This document shows positions 42,296 through 55,580 of a stretch of 64,000 nt of DNA, piece after piece. This DNA comes from Escherichia coli (GTDB lineage Bacteria > Pseudomonadota > Gammaproteobacteria > Enterobacterales > Enterobacteriaceae). Positions within the stretch are counted from its first letter, which is position 1; every line of letters begins with the position of its first letter. A model generated the notes under the pieces. It had not been told where the DNA came from and did no database searches. It was given only the letters and a program-made list of their open reading frames with translations. The DNA is taken from assembly GCF_029227855.1 (NCBI RefSeq), contig NZ_CP074356.1; one strand, given 5' to 3'. The position numbers and the translations under genes were made by a program.

Positions 42296-43330
42296 ATGAA
42301 AATTCGCATAATGCTATTTATATTAATGATGATGGTTATGCCAGTGAGCTATGCAGCATGTTATAGTGAGTTATCTGTTCAGCACAATTTGGTTGTTCAG
42401 GGGGATTTTGCACTTAGTCAAACACAAATAGCGACATATGAGCATAATTTTAATGATTCGTCATGCGTGAGTACAAATACTATCACCCCTATGAGCCCGT
42501 CGGATATTATTGTTGGACTTTATAACGATACCATTAAATTAAATTTACATTTTGAATGGACCAATAAAAACAAAATCACGTTGTCAAATAATCAGACCAG
42601 TTTCACCAGTGGTTATTCGGTAACGGTGACACCTGCGGCCAGTAATGCAAAAGTGAATGTTTCTGCGGGGGGCGGCGGTTCAGTAATGATTAATGGTGTT
42701 GCAACATTATCCAGTGCTTCATCATCGACACGCGGGAGTGCTGCAGTACAATTTTTACTGTGTTTATTCGGTGGCAAGTCATGGGATGCATGTGTAAATA
42801 GCTACAGAAATGCATTGGCACAAAATGCAGGTGTCTATTCCTTTAATCTGACATTGTCATACAACCCGATAACCACAACCTGCAAACCGGACGATTTATT
42901 AATTACTTTAGAGAGTATTCCCGTTTCACAATTACCAGCCAAAGGTAACAAAGCAACAATAAATAGTAACAAAGGGGATATTGTTCTGCGTTGTAAAAAC
43001 TTATTAGGTCAACAAAATCAAACATCACGGAAAATGCAGGTGTATTTATCAAGTTCTGACTTGTGGGGCAGTAGTAACACGATCCTGAAAGGTGCGGAAG
43101 ATAATGGCGTAGGATTTATTCTTGAAAGTAATGGTTCGCCAGTCACACTTTTAAATATCACTAACAGCAGTAAAGGATATACAAATTTAAAGGAAGTTGC
43201 TGCGAAGTCAAAACTTACAGATACAACGGTTTCAATTCCGATAACTGCCAGTTACTACGTCTACGATACAAACAAAGTTAAATCTGGCGCACTGGAGGCA
43301 ACCGCATTAATCAACGTGAAATACGACTAA
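42296..43330 (+). CDS. yehA: Fimbrial adhesin-like tip protein
   Basis: 344 aa with signal peptide; last gene of the operon. Confidence 0.8.
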   Translation: MKIRIMLFILMMMVMPVSYAACYSELSVQHNLVVQGDFALSQTQIATYEHNFNDSSCVSTNTITPMSPSDIIVGLYNDTIKLNLHFEWTNKNKITLSNNQTSFTSGYSVTVTPAASNAKVNVSAGGGGSVMINGVATLSSASSSTRGSAAVQFLLCLFGGKSWDACVNSYRNALAQNAGVYSFNLTLSYNPITTTCKPDDLLITLESIPVSQLPAKGNKATINSNKGDIVLRCKNLLGQQNQTSRKMQVYLSSSDLWGSSNTILKGAEDNGVGFILESNGSPVTLLNITNSSKGYTNLKEVAAKSKLTDTTVSIPITASYYVYDTNKVKSGALEATALINVKYD

Positions 43331-43385
43331 TAACAAGCAAGACGAGCAAGTGGCTAATAATAAAAATAATAAGGTGTCTGCATTT

Positions 43386-43413
43386 CCCCCTCTCTTCGAG
43401 GGGGCTTTTTTTT
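43386..43413 (+). terminator. yehA intrinsic terminator (ccccctc-tcttcg-agggggc then T8)
   Basis: Hairpin and T-run read directly. Confidence 0.65.
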
Positions 43414-43750
43414 AGCGATGATAAAAAATCTCACCGTCGTAGGCTTTAATGATTTTACCGTCGGTGTCGCTGATCAACACGTACGCGCCACCCATATAGG
43501 TCCAGTGTGTCCCGGCATCAGGCGCGGGCAGGTTACGTAACTGCCACTGCTTAATGTTGTACTCATCGGTGCGGTACATCTCTGGGACGGTATCGCCTGG
43601 TTTGAAATGCTTAAAGTCAGCAATGAAACTGCTTAACTCATACTTAGAAATTCCCGAGGTATTGGTCGAACCCGCGGTGGCTGGTGCGGCCCAGGCGGCA
43701 CTGGTAACCAGCAAAAGCACACCCAGCAACATCTTATTTTTAATGGTCAT
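43412..43750 (-). CDS. rcnB: Periplasmic nickel/cobalt homeostasis protein RcnB
   Basis: ORF 43412-43930; start MTIKNKMLLGVLLLVTSAAWA gives 112 aa. Confidence 0.85.
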   Translation of the reverse strand: MTIKNKMLLGVLLLVTSAAWAAPATAGSTNTSGISKYELSSFIADFKHFKPGDTVPEMYRTDEYNIKQWQLRNLPAPDAGTHWTYMGGAYVLISDTDGKIIKAYDGEIFYHR

Positions 43751-43968
43751 AAACTCTCCACTTTGGGGATCTGTAATATCAGTCGCATATCTTTCCTGCC
43801 ATACAATATAACTGACAAGCGATATTTTGTTAGTGATCCCATGATTTCGTAAAAAGTGTAAATGAAAGGATGCCCTAAAAGCATCCTTAGCGAGCAGAGA
43901 GTCAGCGGAAATAGCTGATTTAAGAATCATCCTGGGCTGAAGATAACATGCAAGCCTAAAGGATTGAG

Positions 43969-44793
43969 TTATCGCATTATGCCCATGAAGCCATGTACGC
44001 CCATATACACACCAACTAAGCCAATCAACAGACTGGAAAAATAGGGAGCGCGTTTAGCGAGAGTGTTAAATCCGCTCCAGCGTTTTGCGACCTGCTGAAC
44101 GCTGATTGCTGCGCCAACGCCTACGGTGACAAGCGTTAACGCCAGGCCGAGGCTGAAACTGACGACCAGTGTTGCGCCCAGTGTCAGGGCTTTCAACTGA
44201 ATGCAAATCAACAGCACGGTAATTGCTGCCGGGCAGGGGATAAGGCCACCGGTTAAGCCAAATAGCAAAATTTGCCAGTTGGTGACCTCTCTACCATCAA
44301 AGCGTCGTTTAATGTCATTGGCATGGGCTCGTGCATGGGCATCCTGATACTCGCCATGTTCGTGATGGTGATGATGTCCATGGTCGTGGTGATCTTCGTG
44401 ATCGTGGTGATGATGCTCATGATCATGCTCGTGCATATTCTCCAGCCAGTTGCGTTCGCCGCGCCAGGTACGCCAGAACATCCAGAACGCGGTGCTAATA
44501 ATGATCACTGCGGAAATCAACTGGAGCCACGGTTCTGCTGATTGAGCAGTAAAGCGTTTGCTGATCACCATCCCGCCAAAGGCAATTAACCAGACCACTG
44601 CGGTATGCGAAATAGTTGCTGCCAGTCCAAGCATCACCGCCTGTTTAATGGTGCCTTTGATGGCGATGATAAACGCCGCCATCATCGTTTTTGAGTGCCC
44701 CGGTTCCAGGCCATGAAGCGCACCAAGTAAGATGGCGCTGGGGATGAAGAACCAGGCGTTTCCTTGCTGAAGAAGTGTTGTAAATTCGGTCAT
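43969..44793 (-). CDS. rcnA: Nickel/cobalt efflux protein RcnA
   Basis: 274 aa; histidine-rich loop HEHDHEHHHHDHEDHHDHGHHHHHEHGEY. Confidence 0.9.
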   Translation of the reverse strand: MTEFTTLLQQGNAWFFIPSAILLGALHGLEPGHSKTMMAAFIIAIKGTIKQAVMLGLAATISHTAVVWLIAFGGMVISKRFTAQSAEPWLQLISAVIIISTAFWMFWRTWRGERNWLENMHEHDHEHHHHDHEDHHDHGHHHHHEHGEYQDAHARAHANDIKRRFDGREVTNWQILLFGLTGGLIPCPAAITVLLICIQLKALTLGATLVVSFSLGLALTLVTVGVGAAISVQQVAKRWSGFNTLAKRAPYFSSLLIGLVGVYMGVHGFMGIMR

Positions 44794-44830
44794 GATAATA
44801 ATTCTTAGTATTAATTCGGCAATCTGATTC

Positions 44831-44864
44831 TACTCCCCCCCAGTACCTGATACTACCCCCCAGT
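44831..44864. promoter_or_regulatory. Two RcnR operator sites in the rcnA-rcnR divergent region
   Basis: tactccccccagta (44831-44844) and tactaccccccagta (44850-44864), the TACT-G6-N-AGTA type motif on the opposite strand. Confidence 0.75.
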
Positions 44865-44913
44865 AGATTAATAGTGCTATGATTTTTCATATTCTTGTTA
44901 ACCAGGTGTTGCC

Positions 44914-45186
44914 ATGTCTCATACAATCCGTGATAAACAGAAACTGAAAGCGCGTGCCAGTAAGATTCAGGGCCAGGTCGTGGCGCTCAAGAAAATGCTC
45001 GACGAACCGCATGAATGCGCTGCAGTATTACAACAGATTGCTGCTATCCGTGGCGCGGTAAACGGTCTGATGCGGGAAGTGATTAAAGGCCATCTGACGG
45101 AACACATCGTTCACCAGGGGGATGAGCTAAAACGTGAAGAAGATCTGGATGTCGTTCTGAAGGTGCTGGATTCTTATATCAAATAA
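44914..45186 (+). CDS. rcnR: Ni/Co-responsive transcriptional repressor RcnR
   Basis: 90 aa; divergent from rcnA. Confidence 0.9.
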
Positions 45187-45279
45187 TTTCACAACGTTAT
45201 TGTAATACCGCCGTTTTTCCCCGTTTACAACGCGTGCGCTGGACATTACCATCCTCCTCTGCGATTTATTATCGCAACC

Positions 45280-45408
45280 AAACGACTCGGGGTGCCCTTC
45301 TTTGTGAAGGCTGAGAAATACCCGTATCACCTGATCTGGATAATGCCAGCGTAGGGAAGTCACGGACCACCAGGTCATTGCTTCTTCACGTTATGGCAGG
45401 AGCAAACT
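45280..45408 (+). ncRNA. TPP riboswitch (THI element) in the thiM leader
   Basis: aaccaaacgactcggggtgccc...ggctgagaaatacccgtatcacctgatctggataatgccagcgtagggaa carries the conserved CUGAGA THI-box core, directly upstream of thiM. Confidence 0.85.
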
Positions 45409-46197
45409 ATGCAAGTCGACCTGCTGAGTTCAGCGCAATCTGCGCACGCGTTACACCTTTTTCACCAACATTCCCCTCTTGTGCACTGCATGACCAACGA
45501 TGTGGTGCAAACTTTTACTGCCAATACCTTGCTGGCGCTCGGCGCATCGCCAGCGATGGTTATCGAAACCGAAGAGGCCAGTCAGTTTGCGGCTATCGCC
45601 AGTGCCTTGTTGATTAACGTTGGCACGCTGACGCAGCCACGAGCGCAAGCGATGAGTGCTGCCGTTGAGCAAGCAACACGATCACAAACGCCCTGGACGC
45701 TTGATCCGGTTGCGGTTGGTGCGCTCGATTATCGCCGCCGTTTTTGTCTGGAACTTCTGTCCCATAAGCCAACCGCCATACGTGGTAATGCTTCGGAAAT
45801 CATGGCATTAGCTGGCGTTGCTAATGGTGGACGGGGAGTGGATACCACTGATGCCGCAGCTAACGCGATACCTGCTGCACAAACACTGGCACGGGAAACT
45901 GGCGCAATCGTCGTGGTCACAGGCGAGGTGGATTATGTTACCGATGGTCATTGCACCGTTGGCATTCACGGTGGCGATCCGCTAATGACCAAAGTGGTAG
46001 GAACTGGCTGTGCATTATCGGCAGTTGTCGCTGCCTGTTGTGCGTTACCAGGCGATATGCTGGAAAATGTCGCATCTGCCTGTCACTGGATGAAACAAGC
46101 CGGAGAACGCGCAGTCGCCAGAAGCGAGGGGCCAGGCAGTTTTGTTCCACATTTCCTTGATGCGCTCTGGCAATTGACGCCGGAGGTGCAGGCATGA
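45409..46197 (+). CDS. thiM: Hydroxyethylthiazole kinase
   Basis: 262 aa as in K-12 ThiM. Confidence 0.9.
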   Translation: MQVDLLSSAQSAHALHLFHQHSPLVHCMTNDVVQTFTANTLLALGASPAMVIETEEASQFAAIASALLINVGTLTQPRAQAMSAAVEQATRSQTPWTLDPVAVGALDYRRRFCLELLSHKPTAIRGNASEIMALAGVANGGRGVDTTDAAANAIPAAQTLARETGAIVVVTGEVDYVTDGHCTVGIHGGDPLMTKVVGTGCALSAVVAACCALPGDMLENVASACHWMKQAGERAVARSEGPGSFVPHFLDALWQLTPEVQA

Positions 46198-46994
46198 AAC
46201 GAATTAACGCTCTGACGATTGCTGGTACTGATCCGAGTGGTGGTGCGGGGATTCAGGCCGATCTTAAAACCTTCTCGGCACTTGGCGCTTATGGTTGCTC
46301 AGTGATTACTGCACTGGTGGCGCAAAATACCCGTGGCGTACAGTCGGTGTATCGCATTGAGCCTGATTTTGTCGCCGCCCAGCTCGATTCGGTGTTCAGC
46401 GATGTGCGAATCGACACCACTAAAATCGGTATGTTGGCGGAAACCGATATTGTTGAAGCGGTGGCAGAACGGTTGCAACGTTATCAGATCCAAAACGTGG
46501 TACTCGACACCGTTATGCTGGCAAAAAGCGGCGACCCACTGCTTTCACCTTCGGCAGTTGCCACGCTACGCAGTCGATTATTGCCACAGGTTTCATTAAT
46601 AACGCCAAACTTGCCCGAAGCTGCCGCCTTGCTCGACGCGCCACACGCGCGCACCGAACAGGAAATGCTGGAACAAGGGCGATCGCTGTTGGCGATGGGC
46701 TGTGGCGCAGTGCTAATGAAAGGTGGTCATCTGGATGATGAGCAAAGCCCGGACTGGCTGTTTACTCGCGAGGGAGAACAACGATTTACTGCACCGCGCA
46801 TTATGACCAAAAACACCCACGGCACTGGTTGTACGCTCTCTGCGGCGTTGGCTGCACTACGCCCGCGCCATACAAACTGGGCTGACACCGTACAGGAGGC
46901 AAAAAGCTGGCTTTCATCGGCGTTAGCCCAGGCCGACACGCTGGAAGTTGGTCACGGTATTGGTCCGGTTCACCACTTCCACGCCTGGTGGTGA
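46194..46994 (+). CDS. thiD: Hydroxymethylpyrimidine/phosphomethylpyrimidine kinase
   Basis: 266 aa; overlaps thiM stop. Confidence 0.9.
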   Translation: MKRINALTIAGTDPSGGAGIQADLKTFSALGAYGCSVITALVAQNTRGVQSVYRIEPDFVAAQLDSVFSDVRIDTTKIGMLAETDIVEAVAERLQRYQIQNVVLDTVMLAKSGDPLLSPSAVATLRSRLLPQVSLITPNLPEAAALLDAPHARTEQEMLEQGRSLLAMGCGAVLMKGGHLDDEQSPDWLFTREGEQRFTAPRIMTKNTHGTGCTLSAALAALRPRHTNWADTVQEAKSWLSSALAQADTLEVGHGIGPVHHFHAWW

Positions 46995-47049
46995 GCACCG
47001 TACTATAGCTGCTTTGGTTATTGTCAGCCTTTGGCACTGACATTCAGGG

Positions 47050-47877
47050 ATGAAACCAATGCAGCTAAGAATCACCAGTCGAAAAAAACTCACCGCTTTA
47101 TTATGCGCTCTTAGGCTAATTTCCATCGTTGCGATTCATCCGCGTCAGACGGTGAATTTTTTCTATTCGACAGCAATTCAGATTAAAGACTACATCCACT
47201 TCTACGGTTATCGCCCGGTTAAATCTTTCGCTATTCGCATTCCTGCCAGTTACACCATTCACGGAATAGATGTTTCGCGCTGGCAGGAGCGAATCGACTG
47301 GCAGCGGGTGGCAAAAATGCGCGATAACGGTATTCGCTTGCAATTTGCCTTTATCAAGGCGACGGAAGGCGAAAAGCTGGTGGACCCCTATTTTTCGCGT
47401 AACTGGCAACTAAGCCGCGAAAATGGCCTGCTGCGCGGGGCGTATCATTATTTTTCCCCGTCGGTATCCGCTTCAGTTCAGGCGAGATTATTTCTGCAAA
47501 CGGTGGATTTCTCACAAGGCGATTTCCCTGCCGTGCTGGACGTAGAAGAACGGGGAAAATTATCGGCAAAAGAATTACGCAAGCGGGTAAGTCAGTGGCT
47601 AAAAATGGTCGAAAAAAGTACGGGGAAAAAGCCGATTATTTACTCAGGAGCCGTTTTTTATCACACGAATCTGGCGGGCTTTTTCAATGAATATCCGTGG
47701 TGGGTGGCTCATTACTATCAACGTCGTCCGGACAATGACGGCATGGCCTGGCGCTTCTGGCAGCATTCCGACCGTGGACAGGTAGATGGCATCAATGGTC
47801 CGGTGGATTTTAATGTGTTTAATGGCACGGTGGAGGAGTTGCAGACATTCGTTAATGGGATTAAAGAAACTCCTTAA
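47050..47877 (+). CDS. yegX: Glycoside hydrolase family 25 (lysozyme-like) protein
   Basis: 275-aa ORF; gene order thiD-yegX-yegW. Confidence 0.8.
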   Translation: MKPMQLRITSRKKLTALLCALRLISIVAIHPRQTVNFFYSTAIQIKDYIHFYGYRPVKSFAIRIPASYTIHGIDVSRWQERIDWQRVAKMRDNGIRLQFAFIKATEGEKLVDPYFSRNWQLSRENGLLRGAYHYFSPSVSASVQARLFLQTVDFSQGDFPAVLDVEERGKLSAKELRKRVSQWLKMVEKSTGKKPIIYSGAVFYHTNLAGFFNEYPWWVAHYYQRRPDNDGMAWRFWQHSDRGQVDGINGPVDFNVFNGTVEELQTFVNGIKETP

Positions 47878-47928
47878 ATAAGAAGCAGTGATATACTCCC
47901 ACCAGACTCCCTGGCAGGAAAAAGACAA

Positions 47929-48675
47929 ATGGAACAAGCGCATACCCAGCTGATTGCCCAACTGAACGAACGTATTTTAGCGGCGGATAACACGCCGCTT
48001 TATATTAAGTTTGCCGAAACGGTAAAAAATGCCGTGCGCAGCGGGGTGCTGGAGCATGGCAATATTTTGCCCGGTGAGCGTGATTTAAGTCAGTTAACCG
48101 GCGTTTCGCGCATTACGGTGCGCAAGGCGATGCAGGCGCTGGAAGAAGAGGGCGTGGTGACGCGTTCGCGTGGTTACGGTACGCAGATCAACAACATCTT
48201 CGAATACTCGTTGAAAGAAGCGCGAGGTTTTTCTCAGCAGGTGGTATTGCGCGGGAAAAAGCCCGATACACTATGGGTTAACAAGCGTGTCGTGAAATGT
48301 CCCGAAGAAGTCGCGCAGCAGCTAGCGGTCGAAGCAGGAAGTAATGTCTTTTTGCTTAAGCGTATTCGCTATGTCGATGAAGAAGCGGTATCAATTGAGG
48401 AATCGTGGGTTCCTGCGCATTTAATTCATGATGTTGATGCCATCGGAATTTCTCTTTATGACTACTTCCGCAGCCAGCACATTTACCCACAACGTACGCG
48501 TTCCCGCGTTAGCGCCCGGATGCCGGATGCCGAGTTTCAGTCACATATTCAGTTAGATAGCAAAATACCGGTGCTGGTGATCAAGCAAGTGGCGCTTGAC
48601 CAACAGCAACAGCCTATTGAGTACAGCATCAGCCACTGTCGCAGCGATCTATACGTTTTTGTGTGCGAGGAGTAG
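47929..48675 (+). CDS. yegW: GntR/HutC-family transcriptional regulator
   Basis: 248 aa; N-terminal HTH (ERDLSQLTGVSRITVRKAMQALEEEG). Confidence 0.85.
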   Translation: MEQAHTQLIAQLNERILAADNTPLYIKFAETVKNAVRSGVLEHGNILPGERDLSQLTGVSRITVRKAMQALEEEGVVTRSRGYGTQINNIFEYSLKEARGFSQQVVLRGKKPDTLWVNKRVVKCPEEVAQQLAVEAGSNVFLLKRIRYVDEEAVSIEESWVPAHLIHDVDAIGISLYDYFRSQHIYPQRTRSRVSARMPDAEFQSHIQLDSKIPVLVIKQVALDQQQQPIEYSISHCRSDLYVFVCEE

Positions 48676-49614
48676 TTCCTCGCGCGTTGGCGCACAATCA
48701 CCGCCCCGATGCCCGACAACCCACGACGCCACTGCATTGCCCAGTAATACGGCATCCGCCAGTGGCAGACCAGAGGCTAGCCCGGCAAGTACGCCACCTG
48801 CATGACTGTCGCCCGCCCCAATGGTGTCTACTACTTGCGTTGGAAATGCCGGAATGCAGCCAGAAGCGTCGTTGCTGAAATACCATGCGCCCTCTTTATC
48901 GAGACGAATGATCAACGGCGCGGCAAATTTCTCCTGCCATTGCTTGCCAAGTGTTGTTATCTCTGCGGATAAAGCAAAACGTTCGGCGGCAATCTCAGCC
49001 TCCTGACGATTGAGTGACACTAAAGGTCGACAGGCCATGATCCGCGCCAGCAATGCATCCGGGATATCGCCAATACGTGGGCCAAAATCGATAAACGGCG
49101 TCACGTCTTGCAGCTTTTCCAGCCATTCCACTAATAATTCGCCGCAGGGCGAGGCCAGTTGATAACCGGAAAAATAGAGCAGGCTGCCAGGCGCAACGGT
49201 TAATCGCGCCAGCCACTGGCGATTCCACTGATTTTCCACACCGCTGAATGACATAAAAGTGCGTTCGCCATCCGGCTCAACCAGCGCCAGACACCAGCCG
49301 TTATCACCTTCGGCGTTATCGATCAGGCTGATTAAGCCCTCTTTTGCCATCCGGTTGCGAATAATCTCCGCCCACACGCCCTGACCGAGCGGCAAGGCGT
49401 TACCCGCTTCGATGCCGAGGCGCTTTAACGCCACGGCAATATTCAGTGCGCAGCCGCCAACGTTAACGCTCTGCTGTTTCAGTTCGATATCGCACCCACG
49501 CCAGGGGAGGGCATAAGCGTCGGCGATCACATCAATGACCGCCGCGCCGACGACCATCACCGGCTGACGCGTGGCTAATTCAGGCAGCAGCGTGTGTAAT
49601 CGAGCGCCGCTCAT
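48649..49614 (-). CDS. yegV: PfkB-family sugar kinase
   Basis: 321 aa; DTxGAGD motif (DTIGAGDSHAG); 3' end overlaps yegW convergently. Confidence 0.85.
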   Translation of the reverse strand: MSGARLHTLLPELATRQPVMVVGAAVIDVIADAYALPWRGCDIELKQQSVNVGGCALNIAVALKRLGIEAGNALPLGQGVWAEIIRNRMAKEGLISLIDNAEGDNGWCLALVEPDGERTFMSFSGVENQWNRQWLARLTVAPGSLLYFSGYQLASPCGELLVEWLEKLQDVTPFIDFGPRIGDIPDALLARIMACRPLVSLNRQEAEIAAERFALSAEITTLGKQWQEKFAAPLIIRLDKEGAWYFSNDASGCIPAFPTQVVDTIGAGDSHAGGVLAGLASGLPLADAVLLGNAVASWVVGHRGGDCAPTREELLLAHKNV

Positions 49615-50615
49615 ATCGCCTCCCGTTGTTGGCGATACTTCGCCAGCGCCGTGGCATAGCGGTTGAAATCAAGCTGATTTACCGCATCCAGTTCCGCCTT
49701 TAACGCAGGAACGATAGCGTTAATGCCATGCAACGCGCCGCAGATTGCCGTCGCCATAGCACCGATGGTGTCTGTATCGCCGCCAAGGTTAGCGCAGAGG
49801 ACGGCGCAACGGTTCGGATCGGTTTGTGCCAGTTCAACCAGCGCAATGGCGCACGGAACGGACTCAATAGTGCTGGTACCTGCGCCAACGACCTGGTAAA
49901 GCTGTTCGCTGGCGGATTCGGTGCCGTCGGCATTGCGCACAATTTTCAGCGCAATCTCCAGGCGCGCCGCCAGTGAGGCGCTGAAGGTAGTGATGCGTTT
50001 TTGTTGAGCATGTCGCGCAATTGAAGGCAGTGAATCAACAATTGCTGACCAGCTTTCTCCGTCAATGGCACGAGAAATCGCCCATGCGATGACTACCGCC
50101 CCCGCAACCGCCAGATCGGATTTATGTGTCGGGCTGGAGGCCAGCGCCACATCATCAATAAAGGAATCAACATCACGCGCCGGAAGCAAACAACCTAATG
50201 GCGAGACGCGCATCGCTGCGCCGTTGGTCACGCCGTTATTTTCCAGTTCAGCAACGGGTTTACCGTCGCGAATGGCGTTAAGCGCAATCTTCGAGGTCGG
50301 ACCTAGTACGTTTTTGTTAAAGGCGTCGAAACGCAGCGCCCAGTCGAGAATATTACGCCCAATCAGATCCGGATCGATCTTGCCTTTACGTTCCAGTAAC
50401 GCATCCGCCAGACACAGCGCCATCGAGGTATCGTCGGTGAATTCGGCGCGGTTAAAATAACAGGCCGCGTTATTCTCCTTTGGTCCAGGCAGAAAACGGT
50501 CAATCCAGCCAAAGTGTGCTTTAACGCGGCTGCGTGGCCAAAGCTCGGAGGGCATCCCCATCGCATCCCCTAACGCCTGCCCATAAAGAGCACCGAGAAT
50601 ACGTTCTGTTTTCAT
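49611..50615 (-). CDS. yegU: ADP-ribosylglycohydrolase-family protein
   Basis: 334 aa; operon with yegT/yegV. Confidence 0.85.
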   Translation of the reverse strand: MKTERILGALYGQALGDAMGMPSELWPRSRVKAHFGWIDRFLPGPKENNAACYFNRAEFTDDTSMALCLADALLERKGKIDPDLIGRNILDWALRFDAFNKNVLGPTSKIALNAIRDGKPVAELENNGVTNGAAMRVSPLGCLLPARDVDSFIDDVALASSPTHKSDLAVAGAVVIAWAISRAIDGESWSAIVDSLPSIARHAQQKRITTFSASLAARLEIALKIVRNADGTESASEQLYQVVGAGTSTIESVPCAIALVELAQTDPNRCAVLCANLGGDTDTIGAMATAICGALHGINAIVPALKAELDAVNQLDFNRYATALAKYRQQREAI

Positions 50616-51889
50616 TTAACTTCCCCTTGTGTCAACGCAATATCGCGATCATCGACCTTGATAGCCGTAATTTCGTTGTCGGATTCGCGGAAAAAAATCA
50701 TGAACAGCACGGCGATAATGGCAATCATCACCGCGCCAAAAGTCCACATCCCGGACCAGTTGAAAGTCAGTCCGTTTACCGGTTCCTGATAAGCGAACAT
50801 CTTTTCCATCATCACACCGCCAAGACGATAGCCGAGCAAACTGCCGAAGCCCTGGCAGCAGAGTGTGATCAGCCCCTGCGCGGCGGTACGCATATGCACG
50901 GGGGCTTTTTTATCGACATAGATGTAAGCGGTAACGTAGTAAAAATCGTAACTTACGCCGTGCAGCAAAATGCCGAGGAACAGTAACGCGTAGGTGAAAT
51001 ATTCATCCGCACTACCGTAAATAAAGAAGCCATAGCGGATCGCAGCGGTGACCAGACCAAGTAATAATACCTTTTTGATACCAAAGCGTTTGGTGAAAAA
51101 CGGCAATGCCAGCATAAAGAAGATTTCAGAGAACTGGCCGAGCGTCATCCAGCCAGTGGCGTTTTTCATACCGACTTCGGTCAGATAACCGTTGGCAAAG
51201 ATGTAATAGAACGCCAGTGGCATCGCAAACAGGAATGAACAGAAGAAAAAGACGAGGAAGTTTTTATCGCGCAGCAGGATCAGCGCATCCAGGCCGAGCA
51301 TGACTTTAATGTCCATTTTGCCGGTGCTTTTTGGCGGCGTGTCGGGCAGGAAAAACGCAAACACACCGAGCAGAGCAGAACTTCCGGCGGTAATCAGCAG
51401 CGGGATGTTAGTCGGAGAGATATCGGCATAACCCAGCATTTGCGGCAAAAATCCACATGCAAGACCGGAGGCAATCCAGCCGATAGTGCCCATCACACGA
51501 ATGCGTGGGAAATCACGCTCCACATCCGGCACGTTGGCAAAAGCGATACTGTTAGTCAGCGCAATGGTCGGCATATAGGTTAGCGAGTAGGCCAGCAGTA
51601 ACGGGAAGAACCCGGCAAAAGTGGTCTGTTGCGCAGCGAAATACATCAGCGCCGCACCAGCGAACATCAATACCGCCAGCACTTTCTGCGCCGAGAAAAA
51701 GCGGTCAGTGATGGAGCCAACCAGAATTGGCGACAGGATCGCCGCAATGGCGGTACAGGCATACGACCAGCCAATTTCTCCGGCACTAAAACCGCTTTTA
51801 CTTAACCACAACCACAATGGCACAAACCACGCGCCCCAGATAAACCATTCAACAAACATCATGAACGACAGCTTTGCTGTTGTTTTCAT
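50612..51889 (-). CDS. yegT: Nucleoside permease (MFS, NupG/XapB-like)
   Basis: 425 aa, 12-TM-like hydrophobicity. Confidence 0.85.
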   Translation of the reverse strand: MKTTAKLSFMMFVEWFIWGAWFVPLWLWLSKSGFSAGEIGWSYACTAIAAILSPILVGSITDRFFSAQKVLAVLMFAGAALMYFAAQQTTFAGFFPLLLAYSLTYMPTIALTNSIAFANVPDVERDFPRIRVMGTIGWIASGLACGFLPQMLGYADISPTNIPLLITAGSSALLGVFAFFLPDTPPKSTGKMDIKVMLGLDALILLRDKNFLVFFFCSFLFAMPLAFYYIFANGYLTEVGMKNATGWMTLGQFSEIFFMLALPFFTKRFGIKKVLLLGLVTAAIRYGFFIYGSADEYFTYALLFLGILLHGVSYDFYYVTAYIYVDKKAPVHMRTAAQGLITLCCQGFGSLLGYRLGGVMMEKMFAYQEPVNGLTFNWSGMWTFGAVMIAIIAVLFMIFFRESDNEITAIKVDDRDIALTQGEVK

Positions 51890-52145
51890 CTTTTAATTCC
51901 TTCATGACAGGTAATGTAAGGTACGCGATGACAATACCATTTAATAATACCTTTTAAATACCTTTGCGGTGAAAACTTGACCGCGGTAACATTTTTTCTG
52001 ATGAATCGAGCCAACAGAAAACGCTGAAAAAACATCCAAAAGATGGAAAAACTCGCCTGTAACGATCAGGATTATGATTGCCCGCAAAAGGCGGGCCAGG
52101 ACAATCCATAGCCGATATCCAATCGGAATTTACGGGAGCATAGTA

Positions 52146-53198
52146 ATGACAGATATTGCGCAGTTGCTTGGCAAAGACGCCGACAACCTTTTACAGCACC
52201 GTTGTATGACTATTCCTTCTGACCAGCTTTATCTCCCCGGACATGACTACGTAGACCGCGTGATGATTGACAATAATCGCCCGCCAGCGGTGTTACGTAA
52301 TATGCAGACGTTGTACAACACTGGGCGTCTGGCTGGCACAGGATATCTTTCTATTCTGCCCGTTGACCAGGGCGTTGAGCACTCTGCCGGAGCTTCATTT
52401 GCCGCTAACCCGCTCTACTTTGACCCGAAAAACATTGTTGAACTGGCGATCGAAGCGGGCTGTAACTGTGTGGCGTCAACTTACGGCGTGCTGGCGTCGG
52501 TATCGCGGCGTTACGCGCATCGCATTCCATTCCTCGTCAAACTTAATCACAACGAGACGCTAAGTTACCCGAATACATACGATCAAACGCTGTATGCCAG
52601 CGTGGAGCAGGCGTTCAACATGGGCGCGGTGGCGGTTGGTGCGACTATCTATTTTGGCTCGGAAGAGTCACGTCGCCAGATTGAAGAAATTTCTGCGGCT
52701 TTTGAACGTGCGCACGAGCTGGGCATGGTGACAGTGCTGTGGGCCTATTTGCGTAACTCCGCCTTTAAGAAAGATGGCGTTGATTACCATGTTTCCGCCG
52801 ACCTGACTGGTCAGGCGAACCATCTGGCGGCAACCATAGGTGCAGATATCGTCAAACAAAAAATGGCTGAAAATAACGGCGGCTATAAAGCGATTAATTA
52901 CGGTTATACCGACGATCGCGTGTACAGCAAGTTGACCAGCGAAAACCCGATTGATCTGGTGCGTTATCAGTTAGCTAACTGCTATATGGGCCGCGCAGGG
53001 TTGATAAACTCCGGCGGTGCTGCAGGCGGTGAAACTGACCTCAGCGATGCAGTGCGTACTGCGGTTATCAACAAACGCGCTGGCGGAATGGGGCTGATTC
53101 TTGGACGTAAGGCGTTCAAGAAATCGATGGCTGACGGCGTGAAACTGATTAACGCCGTGCAGGACGTTTATCTCGATAGCAAAATTACTATCGCCTGA
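52146..53198 (+). CDS. fbaB: Class I fructose-bisphosphate aldolase
   Basis: ORF 52074-53198; start [19 protein letters not shown] gives 350 aa. Confidence 0.9.
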
Positions 53199-53237
53199 TA
53201 CGCCTTATACGAACAGCACTACCCCGTATGACGGAAA

Positions 53238-53260
53238 AGGCGTTTACGTCGCATCCGGCA
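53238..53260. repeat. REP-like element downstream of fbaB
   Basis: ggcgtttacgtcgcatccggca resembles the REP consensus. Confidence 0.5.
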
Positions 53261-53283
53261 TAAAAACACGCGCACTTTGCTAC

Positions 53284-53310
53284 GGCTTCCCTATCGGGAG
53301 GCCGTTTTTT
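53284..53310 (+). terminator. Intrinsic terminator downstream of fbaB (ggcttccc-tatc-gggaggcc then T7)
   Basis: Hairpin with one G-U pair and T-run read directly. Confidence 0.6.
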
Positions 53311-53371
53311 TGCCTGTCATTCTGATTAATTTTCGAATTGTCGTTTTTGTGATCGTTATCTCGACATTTAA

Positions 53372-55571
<2,200 letters not shown>

Positions 55572-55580
55572 GGACGGTAT

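Noticed and set aside
44272-44541. 89-aa + strand ORF rich in Met/Val/Ile
   Set aside because: Antisense to the histidine-rich loop of rcnA; low-complexity artefact
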